From Catajapyx aquilonaris (taxonomy: Eukaryota), in contig JYFJ02001307.1 in assembly GCA_000934665.2 (NCBI GenBank), forward strand, positions 1 through 64,000: DNA of 64,000 nucleotides, in the 5' to 3' direction. Below are positions 28,181-43,838 of this stretch, in pieces (the first letter of the stretch is position 1; every line of letters begins with the position of its first letter). The position numbers and the translations under genes were made by a program. Below the pieces are notes generated by a model. The model made no database searches and had not been told where the DNA came from. It worked only from the letters and a program-made list of their open reading frames with translations.

Positions 28181-30538
28181 TCCATGGTCCAGCGGATGTC
28201 TGGAAGCGGAGGCGGTATCCCAATATAGCCTACATGCAGGACGTGAGATCAATGCGAATCAATTGGCTAGAGACACGAGTCTCTTCTTCCTCATGCATTG
28301 CCCAGAGTTGCAACCAAAGGGAAAGGTTTCCTTCCCACCGCTTCTCTGTGATCCTCGAGTAATGTGCTTTGCTACGTCTTGCACTGTCCTCATCTATTAT
28401 TTTCCACTTCCATGAATCATAGACAACCTACACCTTGTTCGCTCCGGGGTGCACACGTCAAGCATGGAGTATATGCCTGGATTGACCGTGGTCAAATCGT
28501 AAAATTCGTTGGTTGACGTCATGCAGTGAAGTATCGGACAGAGATGGCGACACTGATGTCCCACCCACAGCAGTGTCGCCATCTTTGCTCGTAATGTGCA
28601 CACTTTAATCTAACAAACAAGTTGCAGTAGAAGAGAGCGCCTGTTATTCTTTATATATACTGTGAGTAATGAGATCTCTGCTGCAAGGTTTCCAATTAAG
28701 AGTGATTGAATGAAGGTCTGGGGCCGATCAGCTACGGTAACTGTACAATATTCGTCCCTTGGCTCGTTATAAATGGAAGGGAATCGAAGCCACACAACTG
28801 CTGACGACTTTTTGTGTCCTAATGGGCAACTTGAGAAGGCAACACTTGTTAGACACCTTGAATATCACTAAACTGCTAATCTCAACATGCTTAAAAATTA
28901 CATATAAATTGTCAGCAAGCACGTCATTCAAAATGCAGAACAATATGAATCATACCCACGTGAATGTGTAATGCAACATTACTCCGAGACACACAACCCG
29001 TGATTTGATTTCCATCACACTCCATGTCCTTCCTATCTGTTCAGATAGTGTACGTCACACCCGGATGTTGGGTCATATTCTGTCCTTCCCAACATGTGGA
29101 GTACCAGACAAGCACAACTTGGCTAAGTTGACTCTGCCTCGCAATCGATCACGTCACTGACAAGCCGAGTGTAGCATGTTGTATGCGTGCTTGTCCCTGT
29201 GTTTGTTTAGTAACCTAATATTCCATGTCACAGAAGCAAAGTGCATGAACCTTACTAATCAATGTTAGGCGGCTGACCTTGCAAACATACGTGGTCACTG
29301 GTCACCTGTTAATATTACAGTTCATAATGTCACCAGAGACAATAGTCAAATGTCGCACTGTGATTAATAGTAATTAACTGAGTAACGAGGCTACAGAGGC
29401 CAAATTGCACCCTCGGATAAAATGACCCCAGCAGTTTGAAACATTACGACACACCCTGGCATTACACTGCCCGGTCCAATATTCTGGTCTGGTCATATCT
29501 GAACAACCGTTTCCACGCACTCCATTATGGACTACATGCGGCACTGACATTTATGCCTTTCTGAATAAGTTATGGCCACGCATAACCTGGAAATCCCACA
29601 CTTTATGAGGTGGCTAATTACCCGAAGGATCTGTTCTCAGTGTTAATGTCAGTCGTGGTGCAGACTACTGACTTTTGTAATACTTTTAAATATTAGCATC
29701 ATCTTGCAGGCCATACCCTATTTACAAAATACCTGCGAAGGTGCATTCAGCTAATATCCATCAAAATGACAGGTCATCCTGATATGAATCTTTATAGCCC
29801 TGGGGTCAACACCATCGACCCTTAAGCTGGATGATCTCTCTAGCAAACATAGCAGAAACAGAAATGTCGGTGTGATATAACTTCAACACTGACCCTCAAA
29901 CTGGTTAATTAGACAGCTAATTCAGTTGCTTCCGAATTAACCGGGGCTGTACACATTACCAACTGTAGCTGCTGGAGCGTACAATCTGCATATGCCGGAA
30001 CTGTCAGCATCCGGAATTAATCAAGCTGACCACGTACTTCGATCCGGCCAGGACACAACTGCTTTAGTATTCCTTAATCAGTTCAAGTGATTCAGCAGCA
30101 TACATCAGTAATCAATGGATAGTTTGTCAAAAAGTTCGACATTAACCAAACAAGCAAGTAGTAACAATCCATAGCAGTGTAAACAATTAAAGCACATAAT
30201 TGCGACTCAACCCGTAAGGATTCTACGCGCTTGCTCTATGGGCCAGCCAATGCATTTTTGACAGTGAAACTCTGCTTAAAGTCGCAATTTCTACAGGTTA
30301 CGTTAAACTTCAACAGTTGTGGTTCATATTCGTCCTAGACAAAAACATATGCTGGTATCGGTTTTTTCAGAAAGAAAACAAAATGAAATCATTACCTTTC
30401 GTAAACAGCTTTTTGAGCTTTATAAGGCCTATCCAATTACACACCACTGTACGGGTCTAACCGATAGTCTCTCCACTAGTTTCGACTAATGAAATCTGAC
30501 ATACGGTTTACATCTTAGTTATGTCGCGTCACTAGTTA

Positions 30539-31710
30539 CACTATGCAACACGATATTTGTCCATGGAAATTCATCGTCATATTCGTGTTCCTTAGGTCAC
30601 AAGTAACTCATAATGGGAATTCATTTTGTCTTTGATTTGTTTTTGACCTCGGGGCAGTCAACAAACCAAAGTCCTCAATATATAGCAGTTTTTCCCAATC
30701 AGGTGGGCCTAAAGGTTGCTATAGACCAGCTCGTATTTTTCCGAAAATAATCACAGCTGTACACACCTATGCCGTAACACTGCACACCAAGTTTGAGCCA
30801 ACTTACGAAATACCGTGGGGAGGGAAAAAATCGCGAAATTTTGAAAATGGGTCCTTTGTTGGATTTTTTTTTCGGTTATTGGAAGTGGTCAAAACCCAAT
30901 CAACATGTACAATTGTACATCAAATGAAAGAGAAACGCGAGTAGAATGAGCCTATGGAATTTGGTTTTCTCGAAAATCAGAAAAAAACATGTGTGGTATT
31001 TCATCAGTCACATGTCCAAGAATTTGGCTCCATTAAAAGTAATGGTAATTCGGCAATCAATTCTATTAATATCTCGCGAACCATGCGTGACCCAGGGTTG
31101 AAACTGAACGTATTGAATCTTGTTGAGTCACAACTCCCGTCACTAAATATGGTCGCTCTTATTCAAATGCATCACTAATTGTTGGGGTCTAAACACTTGG
31201 ACATGTTACTGAGCATGTGATCGATGGAATGCCATACATGTTTTTCTGGCTACATTTGAGAGAAAAACAAATTCCATAGGCGCATTCCACTCGCGTATCT
31301 CTTTCATTTGATGTATATTTTGTAATTTTGATAGGGTTTTGACCATTTCCAATAACCAAAAAAATTTATCCAAAAAAGGCCATATTTTCAAAATTTCGCT
31401 ATTTTCCTCCTCCCCATGGTATTTCGCAATTAGGGTGAAACTTGATTTGCAGTGTTGTGGCTTAGGTGTGTACAGCTCTGATTATTTTCAGACAAATCCG
31501 AGAAGGTCTATAGCAACATTTAGGCCCACTTGATCGGGAAAAAACTGCTATAAAACTTATAGTTGATGACTTTGGTTGAAGACTGCCCCGAGGTCAAAAA
31601 CAAACCACAGAAAAAATGAATGCCCATCATGAGTTACTAGTGACCTAAGGAACACGAATATGACGATGAATTTCCATGGACAGAAAAAAGTCGAATTTTG
31701 TTGCATAGTG
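30539..31710. mobile_element. Non-autonomous foldback DNA transposon with CAC...GTG termini (Chapaev/CMC- or Transib-like)
   Basis: Starts CACTATGCAACA and ends TGTTGCATAGTG. Imperfect inverted arms ~30539-31020 and ~31196-31710 around a ~175-bp spacer. Flanks TTA / ATA may be a mutated 3-bp TSD. Confidence 0.8.
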
Positions 31711-33379
31711 ATATCAGTTTCAATGTTCAACTCTGGCGGCCTTCAATTTATAAGTTAGTGATAAGTTAACTGTAATGCCACCAGTACCATGCGGGTATTG
31801 TCCTTCAGGAAAAGAATGTCGAATGATCTGTGCTTCTCATTATAGCACAATGTCAGTCCATGGTCCTAATGGCAATTTCACACACTGTATATATACCGAG
31901 TGATGCGGTATATGGCAATGAGTACTGCATTACAGATGCGCCCTACATGTTAACAATAAGCGCGGATTTAATGAAACCATAACAGGGGTGATAACCCGCA
32001 CATAATACGATGGCACCATTATAACTATTGTCACCGGATTGAACTGCTGTAAATGCACAGCAATATCGTCGCATATTGACTGCTCGTAATTTGAAGTCCA
32101 AATCAACCCACTATTGCCGATGTTCTCATGTTAATTAGCTAATTGCTACTCGCAAAACACATGCGTTTTAAGCCTAAACAGGGAAGATTTCGACAATTTC
32201 AGCAAAAAAATAGTCCATAACTGAATTCGGGTATAGTCAACTACAAAAGGACCGTGAATCTCGGCCTACCTCCCCCTCTGCCAATTCCAAGTAGACGCGA
32301 CCTTTATACAACAACAAAGCCAGTCCTGCACTGGGAAACCGCGATAACAACCAGACACGACACTTGACGCGATAAGTTCACACAATGTACCAGGTAATCT
32401 GTCAACCTAGGACAAAAAAAATTCGCGCAACATGTGTAAGCTCTCACCCTGCGTTGAGAAGTGCTCAGGGAGTCTTCTTCAGCAGTGTTGAGTGTTGGCA
32501 TGCCCGACCCATCTGGACACGTGTCTGGTCATGTCCCCACGGATCACCCTCATCACTGTCCCTGGTCGTCGGCATCAAAGACCGGGGAGTCTAACTGTTG
32601 CGCTTGTCCCCGGTAATATTATCATGGGTGGGTGGGTATGGCTGGATATTATATCAAGTGTGCGGCTGTCGCTCCCCACCCCCCTGGGCCGCTCTCTCAC
32701 CCGCTACTGCTCTGCCCTGCCCCCGTCCATATCGCGCCCGCACCTGCACACGTGACACCCTGCGCGGTACCCACATCAAACTTCCTTCCGCCAACTCAAT
32801 GCCTCCAAACATCCACCTGCCATCTAACTGCAGTTCGCACAAACTGGCACCGGCGCCATCTCACACTCTGCCTTACAAGTTACATTCTACAGTATGCAGG
32901 GGACTGTATATACCCCCGTCTCGCAAAGCGAGTTGACATAATTATATATATGGACACTTTCAGATCAACCATACCGCACAGCTGGTAGTGGGAGGAAATG
33001 AAAAGTGGACCGTGGTTACCTCTACCACATTCAGTCTTTATTCTGTTGTTTCATATCGCACCTTTTGTTACCAACATTCTTGTCAAGCACCAGTGAGATT
33101 CTGGTGTCTCATTATCCAAGCATTACATAAATAACAATAAAAAACACTCATCAAAAAATTGGAAACAAAGGTATACAAAATGTATTGACATAACACTATC
33201 CTTTACATCCACCACCAAGATTCTACATGTTTTACTTTATTGAGATCAAAAATCACTTGCTCTACTGCCATTGAAGTGGTGTCCGTCACTTAACAGGTAA
33301 TGCTAAAACCGACAAGGAATTTATCCATAAGCTGCTCCACAGCCGTATTTAAAATTTTCTGTGTTATTTTGTAGTATAA

Positions 33380-33505
33380 GGGCCTGTTTCATCGAGCTTG
33401 GTATATGATAAAACCAGGGTTCTTTCGGAAAATCCCTACATATTTGTATGGATTTTCCTAAAGAAACCTGGTTTTATCATATACCAAGCTCAGTGAAACC
33501 AGCCC
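33380..33505. mobile_element. PIF/Harbinger (Tourist-like) MITE, 126-bp near-palindrome
   Basis: TAA|GGGCCTGTTTCA...TGAAACCAGCCC|TAA. Arms GAGCTTGGTATATGATAAAACCAGG and CCTGGTTTTATCATATACCAAGCTC are perfect complements. Confidence 0.85.
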
Positions 33506-35218
33506 TAAGTGCGCCAGATATCTCCAATATTTTAAAACCACCAAACAGGGTATTCCATGAATGGTGATCACTTTAACTTAGAGGATATTTCTTCTCAAGT
33601 TGTTACTTTATTTTGTATCTTGTTGTCTCCCGACCCAGGTGTCCCACTACATATAAACTGCTATATTCAACTGCATGGAAATAACTGGGAAGCTGGATTG
33701 GGGTGGAACAAGCTGCACAAAAATAACCACTACAGGCAATTATTAGTGATAACTACGAATGACCCTGTTACTTGGAACACCCTGCAGTTCCAGATCAATA
33801 ATTGTAAATTCTGAAACTTCCATTTTGACATCAGCACTCGAGTGTATCGTCAAATTTTATTCGAAGAAATTCCCTGGGGGTTGAGTCACCATACTGTACT
33901 CCCTTGACATGAAATGACCTTTTGATGATATTCTCAAATGAATACTATACAGGTGATCAATATATGTTTTTAACATACATCACATGTTCAATTTTCTGAC
34001 ATATGAGACATTCTGGATGCGCAATGTCTTAGAAAATTTAATGCAGACCTTTATCTGTTGAAGTATCATGGACCTCTTTGCATCACATTGGTGCTCCCAG
34101 GCCTGCAAATTTTAGCAGGTCTAACAATCTGAAGAGACGCTCCCTCGTTCACTTTTATTTCTCCTCCCTCAGGACTTGTGGGCATATGAAACATTTCTGC
34201 CAACACACACCCCTCCCCCCATGCTATCTCCACCTTGTCTTGGTGGGACGGCTTGTGTTTCTCCTGTGACCCCAAAGAGCTATGCCGATGGTGGCTTCGT
34301 CTACTGGCAGGGTCTCCCAAGCAAGACAAGACTTTGGGGCAGGAGGCAGACAGATACGGTACCAGTCTTTCCTATCTTCTTTTTTCTCTTCCTTTCTCTC
34401 TCCATCTGTCATACCTTTGTACCTTCTGATAGCCAGATAACAGTAGTTTCTTTGGCTCCTTCCTAATAAAACCAAATAAAACCAAACCAAACCATTTCTG
34501 CCAATCTGGATGTGAGTTAAATGATAAAACAAAAGGTATGGTATATAAACACAACTCTGAATAGTTTGGTCTTGCACACTTCACATGTCACTGATGCAGT
34601 CCACAAATAAAACACACATACTATTACCATAATTTTGTGTAGGTAATTCAGACATATTGTCTGCTTTAAAAAACTCTCATCTTGTGTCATATGCACCCAT
34701 GCAGCCTGCAGGCAACAGTTTTACTTTAGCAAAAAACTTGCTGCATTTTTGCATCATTCCTTAGGTCAGTTATTCAAAACTTTGGGTTGTAACCCAAACC
34801 AGAGTCATGTGGAAGGTCCTTAGGCTTAGGATTACAGGAAGATCCTGGGAGATAAATATAAATGATGGCATCCGTATACATTTGTTTGTTAAAATAATAG
34901 TCAACATCTACCATAATCTGGAAATCCTTATGGTACAGTACAGTATTATGGTTTACCATATTGTGAAAAGATTGTGCCTAAGATCATGACGAAAAAGTTC
35001 AGCAAGTGCTCCCTGGGTCAAGCATAATCATGTCCTTCTTGAAAAACATGTCATTGAAGCTTTTAGTTTCCTGCTCAGCCTAGGAAGCAATGGATCACCA
35101 ATTCAACAGCACTACACAAATACCCAATTCATAGTTTTCCGCACACCCTTCCCATACATCTGGGAGCTAACCTCCACATAAAAGCACCAAAATACATTTA
35201 AAAACCTACACCTCTATA

Positions 35219-36541
35219 TTAGGGCGAATCAAATGAAATTAATGAAACCCGTTCGTGGTGTTTGGAGAGGATACTACTGAACGCAGAGACTTGAAACGTC
35301 TACCACAGCAAGACAGTACCAATACTTCTAAATGCACAGGTAAGAGTCTTCGCACTCATAATGCGCCGGCCCCCACAGCCAATCCAAGATGGTGTGAGCC
35401 CTGTTGAGTGGGATCAGCGCGTTGTTATTCAATTTCTGACGATTGCGGGCAATAGACCCATGGAAATCCGTCGGAGGATGCTTACAGTGTATGGTGCCAG
35501 TTTTGTAGCAAAGGCAACTGTCATGGAGTTGTGCCAGTGTTGAAGATGTTCCAGTGACAATCACATGCGCAACTCCTTCTGCTTTACAGTCAGGCACTTG
35601 GCTACACCTGCGAGCTAATCTTGCGGTACTCCAGGTGGTAATGCACAATTGTGAATACTGTACCATAACTAAGGCTGACTACTCCATTCAAATAAGATCG
35701 ATGCACCCACACGATCCTCACATATCAGCTTATCCACACGTGCAATGATGGCATGTGTGATTGCAGGCCTCGCCTGTCCTGGTCAGGGAAGGTAGGCCGT
35801 GGATTGTCTGCTATCTCGGAGTCGCCAACGTGTAATGTTCCAACCTAACCAACCACTCCAAGATGGTTGCCTTTTTTCCACGAAACTGGCACCATACACG
35901 TAAGCATCCACCTATGGATTTCCGTGGGTCTACTGTCCTCGGCCATCAGAAATTAAATAACAATGCACTGATCCTGCTTGCGCATGCTCAACAGGATGCA
36001 TGCCATCTTGGATTTACTGTGACGGCAGGTGCAGTATATGCACATGCAGATGCTTACAATACATTTAAAACAGGGGTGGGCAACTACTGCCCACGAAGAC
36101 AATTTGTGTGGCCTGAGCAAAAATTTAGGTATTCCTGAAAATGTTGAACAATTAAAATTGCAAAATTTTATGCCGGTGCCTTTCTTTGTAATTCTTTTAA
36201 ATCCACAAAAAAAAAATCTTTATTTATACAAGCCATTTTCATTGATATATTTAGCTAATTCTATCGGTTTTCAGAGAATTTAATAATTTATGCAATTAAT
36301 GGAAGTTCATTTAAAACGATGGATGTATAATAATTGTAAACTTTTTAATAAGTTGATATTTCTTTTGTTAGATGCGGCCCGTCAATTTTTAAAAAATCTC
36401 TATGCGGCCCAAAAAGTTTGTCCACCCCTGATTTAGAAGGTATTGGTACTGTCTTGCTGTGGTAGAAGTTTCAAGTCCCTGCATTCAGTAGTATTCTCTC
36501 CAGATGCCACGAATGGGTTTCATTATTCTGATTCACCGTCG
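35219..36541. mobile_element. Mariner-derived foldback element (two inverted 5' ends), interrupted by a hAT MITE
   Basis: TA flanks at 35217-35218 and 36542-36543. Left arm 35219-~35510 is the reverse complement of ~35880-36070 plus 36431-36541. The arm encodes DQRVVIQFLTIAGNRPMEIRRRMLTVYGASFVAKATVMELC, resembling the mariner transposase N-terminal HTH. Confidence 0.8.
36071..36430. mobile_element. hAT (Charlie/Buster-like) non-autonomous element
   Basis: TIRs CAGGGGTGGGCAACT / AGTTTGTCCACCCCTG; 8-bp TSD ATTTAAAA (36063-36070) / ATTTAGAA (36431-36438) with central TA; subterminal GCGGCCC motifs. Confidence 0.88.
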
Positions 36542-36566
36542 TAGGCAGCATATTACTTTAAAAGGT

Positions 36567-39500
36567 TCAATGTCCCCCCTTCTTACTGGGACTTCTCTTC
36601 TTCCTACTTTTTGCCCCTCTTGTTACAACCTCCCCTGCCTCCTCTCCTTTCCGCAATGCTTCCAGGTTTTTCAACACTTGCTCCATAGTCTTCTTACCTC
36701 CCTTGGCAGTACTTCCACCTGGCTCCTGTTCTCCTTCTTGCTCAGCCCCCTGTTCCATCATTTCCTCCTTAACCACAGTCACAATAATGTCACTAGCTCT
36801 TGGATCACCTGGCGCTAAGAAATGTGCCTTCCAGATGTGTCGCCTGGCATAGCGTACTTCTGAGTAGACTTTCCCACACATGCTGCACTGTACTGGGTTG
36901 GGTGGTGTCCTCTTAGGTTTGGAGCGTGGGGCTGCCCCTGGAGCACCCTCCTCTCGTTCCCCATGGGCGACGTACATGTGCCTGCGCAGGCTCCTCTCAG
37001 TGGTGAAGGTATGCTCACACTGCGAGCATGTGGCAGTGGGCCCCTGGGTGTGAGTCTGGCGGTGCTCCTTCATGGCAAAGCTATTTGTAAATGCTTTCCC
37101 ACACAAGTCACACAGGACCAGGTCCTCTCCTGTGTGTTTTCGGATGTGGTACTTCAGTTTCTGCAAATAATTCATGGATAACATTTTGAACATTCTTTCA
37201 GAATATTTGCACATATCGTAGTACTGTATGTATCACTCCATTGAGATCCTTTTAAATGAACAAGCTAAATTTCACATTCAAGTACGGAACTTCTCAGACA
37301 TATTTTGGTTTTGGGCTTCAGTTTTATAAAACTGACGACTAACATTCAGAAAACATTTTGACCATAATTAGCTTTGAAAATCATTGAGACAATGTACCTG
37401 TTTCTTTGAAAAGGTCTGTCCACAATAAGGGCAGCTGCAGACTTCCTCCCTAGTGTGGACTCGTATATGCGAGTTGCAAGCCCCCTTGTCCGAGAATCGT
37501 TTATCGCAGTGTGTGCACTGGTAAGGCTTCTCTCCTGTATGAATGCGCACATGTCGGACCAGGTTGGACCTTTGCACAAATTCCTTAGGGCAGTGTGGGC
37601 ACTTGTGGCGTGGACCAACATGGATCAGCAGGTGCTCATTGTAGCTATCTCTCCTCTTTAAAAGAAAAAAAAACAAAAAAGCACATCAGTATTCTCCCAC
37701 AGTTAAGAAATCTACAACATAACTAACAATTACAACTTATAAATTTTCATATACAGTTAAACTTCTATAAGTCAAACTTCCCTAAGTCGAAGTTCTCTAT
37801 AAGTCGAAGAAAACTATGAGCTTGGTTGGTCACAATGTAAAATAATAGGAAATAAACTTCCCTAACTCGAATTTCTATAACTTGAAGTTCTCCATAACTC
37901 GAAGTGCAGGCAGTGCCTTACGATGGGATATTAATGTATTTTCAGTCTCCCTAAGTCGATATTCATGTTGGCGAGTATGGAAAATTATCTCATTTCCCAG
38001 CCGAAGGGTCGGGAGTAGGGCACATGTACAGAAAGGCTCAATTTCCTGATTTCCGTCTACCAGCCGTACCGAAAGTAGTGTTTGACTCGATTGTGACAAT
38101 TGAATCCTTGAATCTAAGTAGGCAAATGTCCATAACGGAGATTTTTTTTACAACAAAACAACAAGGAACATTGTAAATGTGATAGCGACAGTAATTTTTA
38201 AGTATTGAACACCTTTTGTCACTGGATATAAAGGTAGGCTTCCTTATAGAGTTCTGTGCTTAAAAAAAACCAAACTTCTCTAACTCGAATCTTCTACAAC
38301 TCGAAGTTTTTTCCCGGTCCCATGGTCATTCGACTTATAGAATTTTTACTGTATTAACAGCAGCTTTTCAGTTTTTAGCATGAATTCAAAAGTTGAAACT
38401 CGAAAATATAAATCCACCTTGTTACACCTGAAGTAGGAGTAAAACACTCACAGTGAACTCCTTCCCGCAAAACTGACAGGTGGACTTCCCAGATCCAGTG
38501 TGCAGTTGCCTGTGTCCATACATTCCCGATTTAGAAGCAAATCCTTTCCCACAATCGCTGCATCGGTAAGGGTCTTGCCCAACATGGTCAGTGGTGTAAT
38601 GGGTCTTACGTTCATTCTTGCTGGGAAATCGCATGGGGCACAGGCGACACCCAAAACCTGGGTGGTGATTTTGGGGAGAGGAAGGTGGGGATGAATCTGA
38701 ATGGGGTGAAGATGGAGGGGAGGGTGGAGAAGGTGGTGAATCTGGGGGCTGGGGTACAGAGACTGGCATCGAATCATGTTGACTATCAGTTGTGGCAGGT
38801 TGAGGTTGAGTAGTGGTAGTCAGGGTAGACGGGGGAGTTGCATGGATTGTATGGCGACGGTGACGATGGACATGGCAGGCCCTGCGGGAGGGGAAGCCCC
38901 GCCCACATATGCGGCAACGGAACGCACCACCCTGTAATTAGTAAGCATATTTTTGTAGTGCACATGTCAATAACTGTGTGATGTGTAAACTTACAAAGTG
39001 ACGGTGCACACGCCTCAAATGTCTATCCAGAAGCACCCTGGTTTTGAGTAGTAGCCCACATTCACAACATCTCCACAGGAATGAATTGGTGTGGCGTGAT
39101 GATGCATGCTGGTGCATTTCATGCAATGTTGGCAGCACCGTTAGGCAAGACTTGCACTTGAATGCAACCCCAGTCACACCTTCACTCCCATGAAGAGATG
39201 CTAGATGCAAGTCGAGGCACACTTTCGACAGAAAGAATGCTGATGGACAATGTGGGCACCTTAGAAAGTCGGACATACAGTCTTGGTGAGCAGCTAGAGC
39301 ATGTCGCTCACATTCTTCTCTCTCCCAGAACAGGTTCGGGCAAAAACGACACTTAAATCCAAGCTCCTCGCATATATGTGTCTCCTCGTGTTCAGTGACA
39401 ACATGAGATCGCATATCATTACGCCGATCCATGCGCACTAGGCAGAAAGGGCAGCTAAATCCCAGATTTTGAGAATGGATGCGAGTTAAGTGGTCCCGAA

Positions 39501-41028
39501 GTTGACCTGGATGTCCAAACTGACGTTTGCAGTGGGAACAGCTCACAGGAAGAGGTCTACGAGGAAATTCATGAGTTTCTAGGTGTGTCAAGAGCGAATG
39601 GGTGTCTGAGATGGTCTCTGCACACAGTTCGCAACAAAGTGGATCAGGCTCTACATCTGATTCAGAGGCAGCAACACACTCAATTGAGTTGGGATTAAGC
39701 TCTGGCTCAAACTCTGCCTCGCTTTGCACTCCAGGTTTATTCTCCTCATCACAAGAAGACCACTCATGAACTTCAACCTCCACTTTGACAGGCAAAGGAT
39801 CTGGTTCACTCTCAGCTGAGAATGAGGCCCACAATTGGCGGCATTGGCCTGAAGACATCCATCGAAGGGCACAGCTGACAGTCAGGTTATGTGCCTGCAC
39901 CAAATGCAAAAATGCTGCCTGTGAAACACCTGCACCTCTAAAATCATGTCCGCATAGCCCACATAACAAATGGTGCTCTTCATCAGTGGCTGCCTCAGTA
40001 AGAACTGCCACTCCAAGGTATGCTCCTGAGTCTGTCCCTTGGCCCAATTGTGAGTCCAAAGAATGAGCGTCACTAACATGAGTCTGGACCTCCTCGGCTG
40101 ATATTTGGACGCCACACCACCCACATTCTTGAGCTCCGTGACACTTCAATGAGTGGTCAGCCAATTCTTCTTCTGATGTAAAATCCATCTGGCAGCATGT
40201 GTGGAGTTCATGTTCAGAGGCATGGAAGTCCAGAGATTCTTGTGTTGGAAAAGTAACATCACACTGATGGCAGTACCAGTGTCCTTCGCACAAGACTGCA
40301 TGTGTCTTTTCAGTTGCTTCATCAGTGTATGCTTGATAACAAACATGGCAGCATTCAGCTTCATCTTTCACCCCATTCAAGGAAATCTCTCCAGCACAGA
40401 GTGCCATCAAAGGAGAGCCTTTTGGTATAAGTGTTGCCAAGTGTCCCAGTGTCACTCGGTGATGCTCTAACAAGTGCTGAAATATATTACCCGAGCTACA
40501 CACATTTTGACAGAGTCTGCACCTCAGATTCCCATTTTCTTCTGTCACTACACTACCGACACAAAATTTCATATCATTTGTCACAGAATTTGAATTTTCA
40601 TTAGTTTGTGCGACCTTTCCACCTGTCACTTCCCTTCCTGCATTCAAGTCTGCCGATAAAGTTCCTGTAAAAATTCGATGAAAGGCAGTGACATGGTCCT
40701 CTTCTAACTGGTCGACATGGCAGTATGTGCAGACACTAGTTCCATCACAGCCATCCGCATGGGACTGGTAGTCTGACACGCTGTGGAAGGCAACGGCACA
40801 TTTGGCACAGTGGGGCAAGGAGTGTGACAGGACGGCGTGCAGGAAGGCCATGTCCCTGCTGGGCAGGACTCGCGTGCAGGCAGTGCAGACCAAGGGCAGC
40901 TCTGCCCCTTGCTCCTCCTCCGTCCCTCCCTGCTCCACACCCAAGTAGGCAGACAGGGCTGCAGTGTACGGGATGCCATTCTCAGGTGGGGCCCGCCCGT
41001 TGTCGCTGGGACCCGGGGGCTCCTCCAT
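36567..41028 (-). CDS. Multi-C2H2 zinc-finger protein, ~1121 aa
   Basis: Exons 41028-38995, 38931-38452, 37655-37398, 37160-36567, all phase-0 GT-AG. Many dispersed CxxC...HxxxH(xH) fingers N-terminally, a Pro/Ser-rich linker, and a C-terminal tandem array with an HTGEKPY linker. Start at MEEPPG is inferred. Confidence 0.9.
37754..38351. mobile_element. Tc1/mariner-pogo (Tigger-like) MITE in zinc-finger intron 2
   Basis: TA|CAGTTAAACTTCTATAAGTC...TTCGACTTATAGAATTTTTACTG|TA, with repeated internal (C)TA(T)AA(G/C)TCGAA submotifs near both ends. Confidence 0.85.
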
Positions 41029-41346
41029 CCTCCAACCCGCAAAGGACCCACAGCCTGTTCGGCACTCCAATGAACACAAATTAGGGAAAGGAAAATCCCT
41101 GCCCCGAAAAAAGATAAAAAAAATGGCGGACAGGTACCGTTCGGTTGGCCGTCTTGTCAATAGAAAGAAAAAAAATAACGGAACGAATTCTAATTTCATG
41201 AAAAATGTAAACACTAGCCAAAAACCGCTTCAAATTCTCAGTCGTGTCCTACAGAGGGGATTAATTCATAATTTGTGACTTGTCAGTTCCCGGCCAAAGT
41301 GGAACATCAATCCGCCAGCGTCACGAGTTGGCATCAGCTGCGATCA
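41029..41346. promoter_or_regulatory. Putative bidirectional promoter and 5' UTRs of the zinc-finger gene and NDUFS8
   Basis: Divergent ATGs ~320 bp apart; YY1/Pho-like AAAATGGCGG at ~41120-41129. Confidence 0.65.
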
Positions 41347-41349
41347 ATG

Positions 41350-43838
<2,489 letters not shown>

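Noticed and set aside
41029..41214. 62-aa N-terminal extension of the zinc-finger ORF
   Set aside because: It begins at a GTG, is low-complexity (FFFFLL) and overlaps the shared promoter; ATG 41028 is more plausible.
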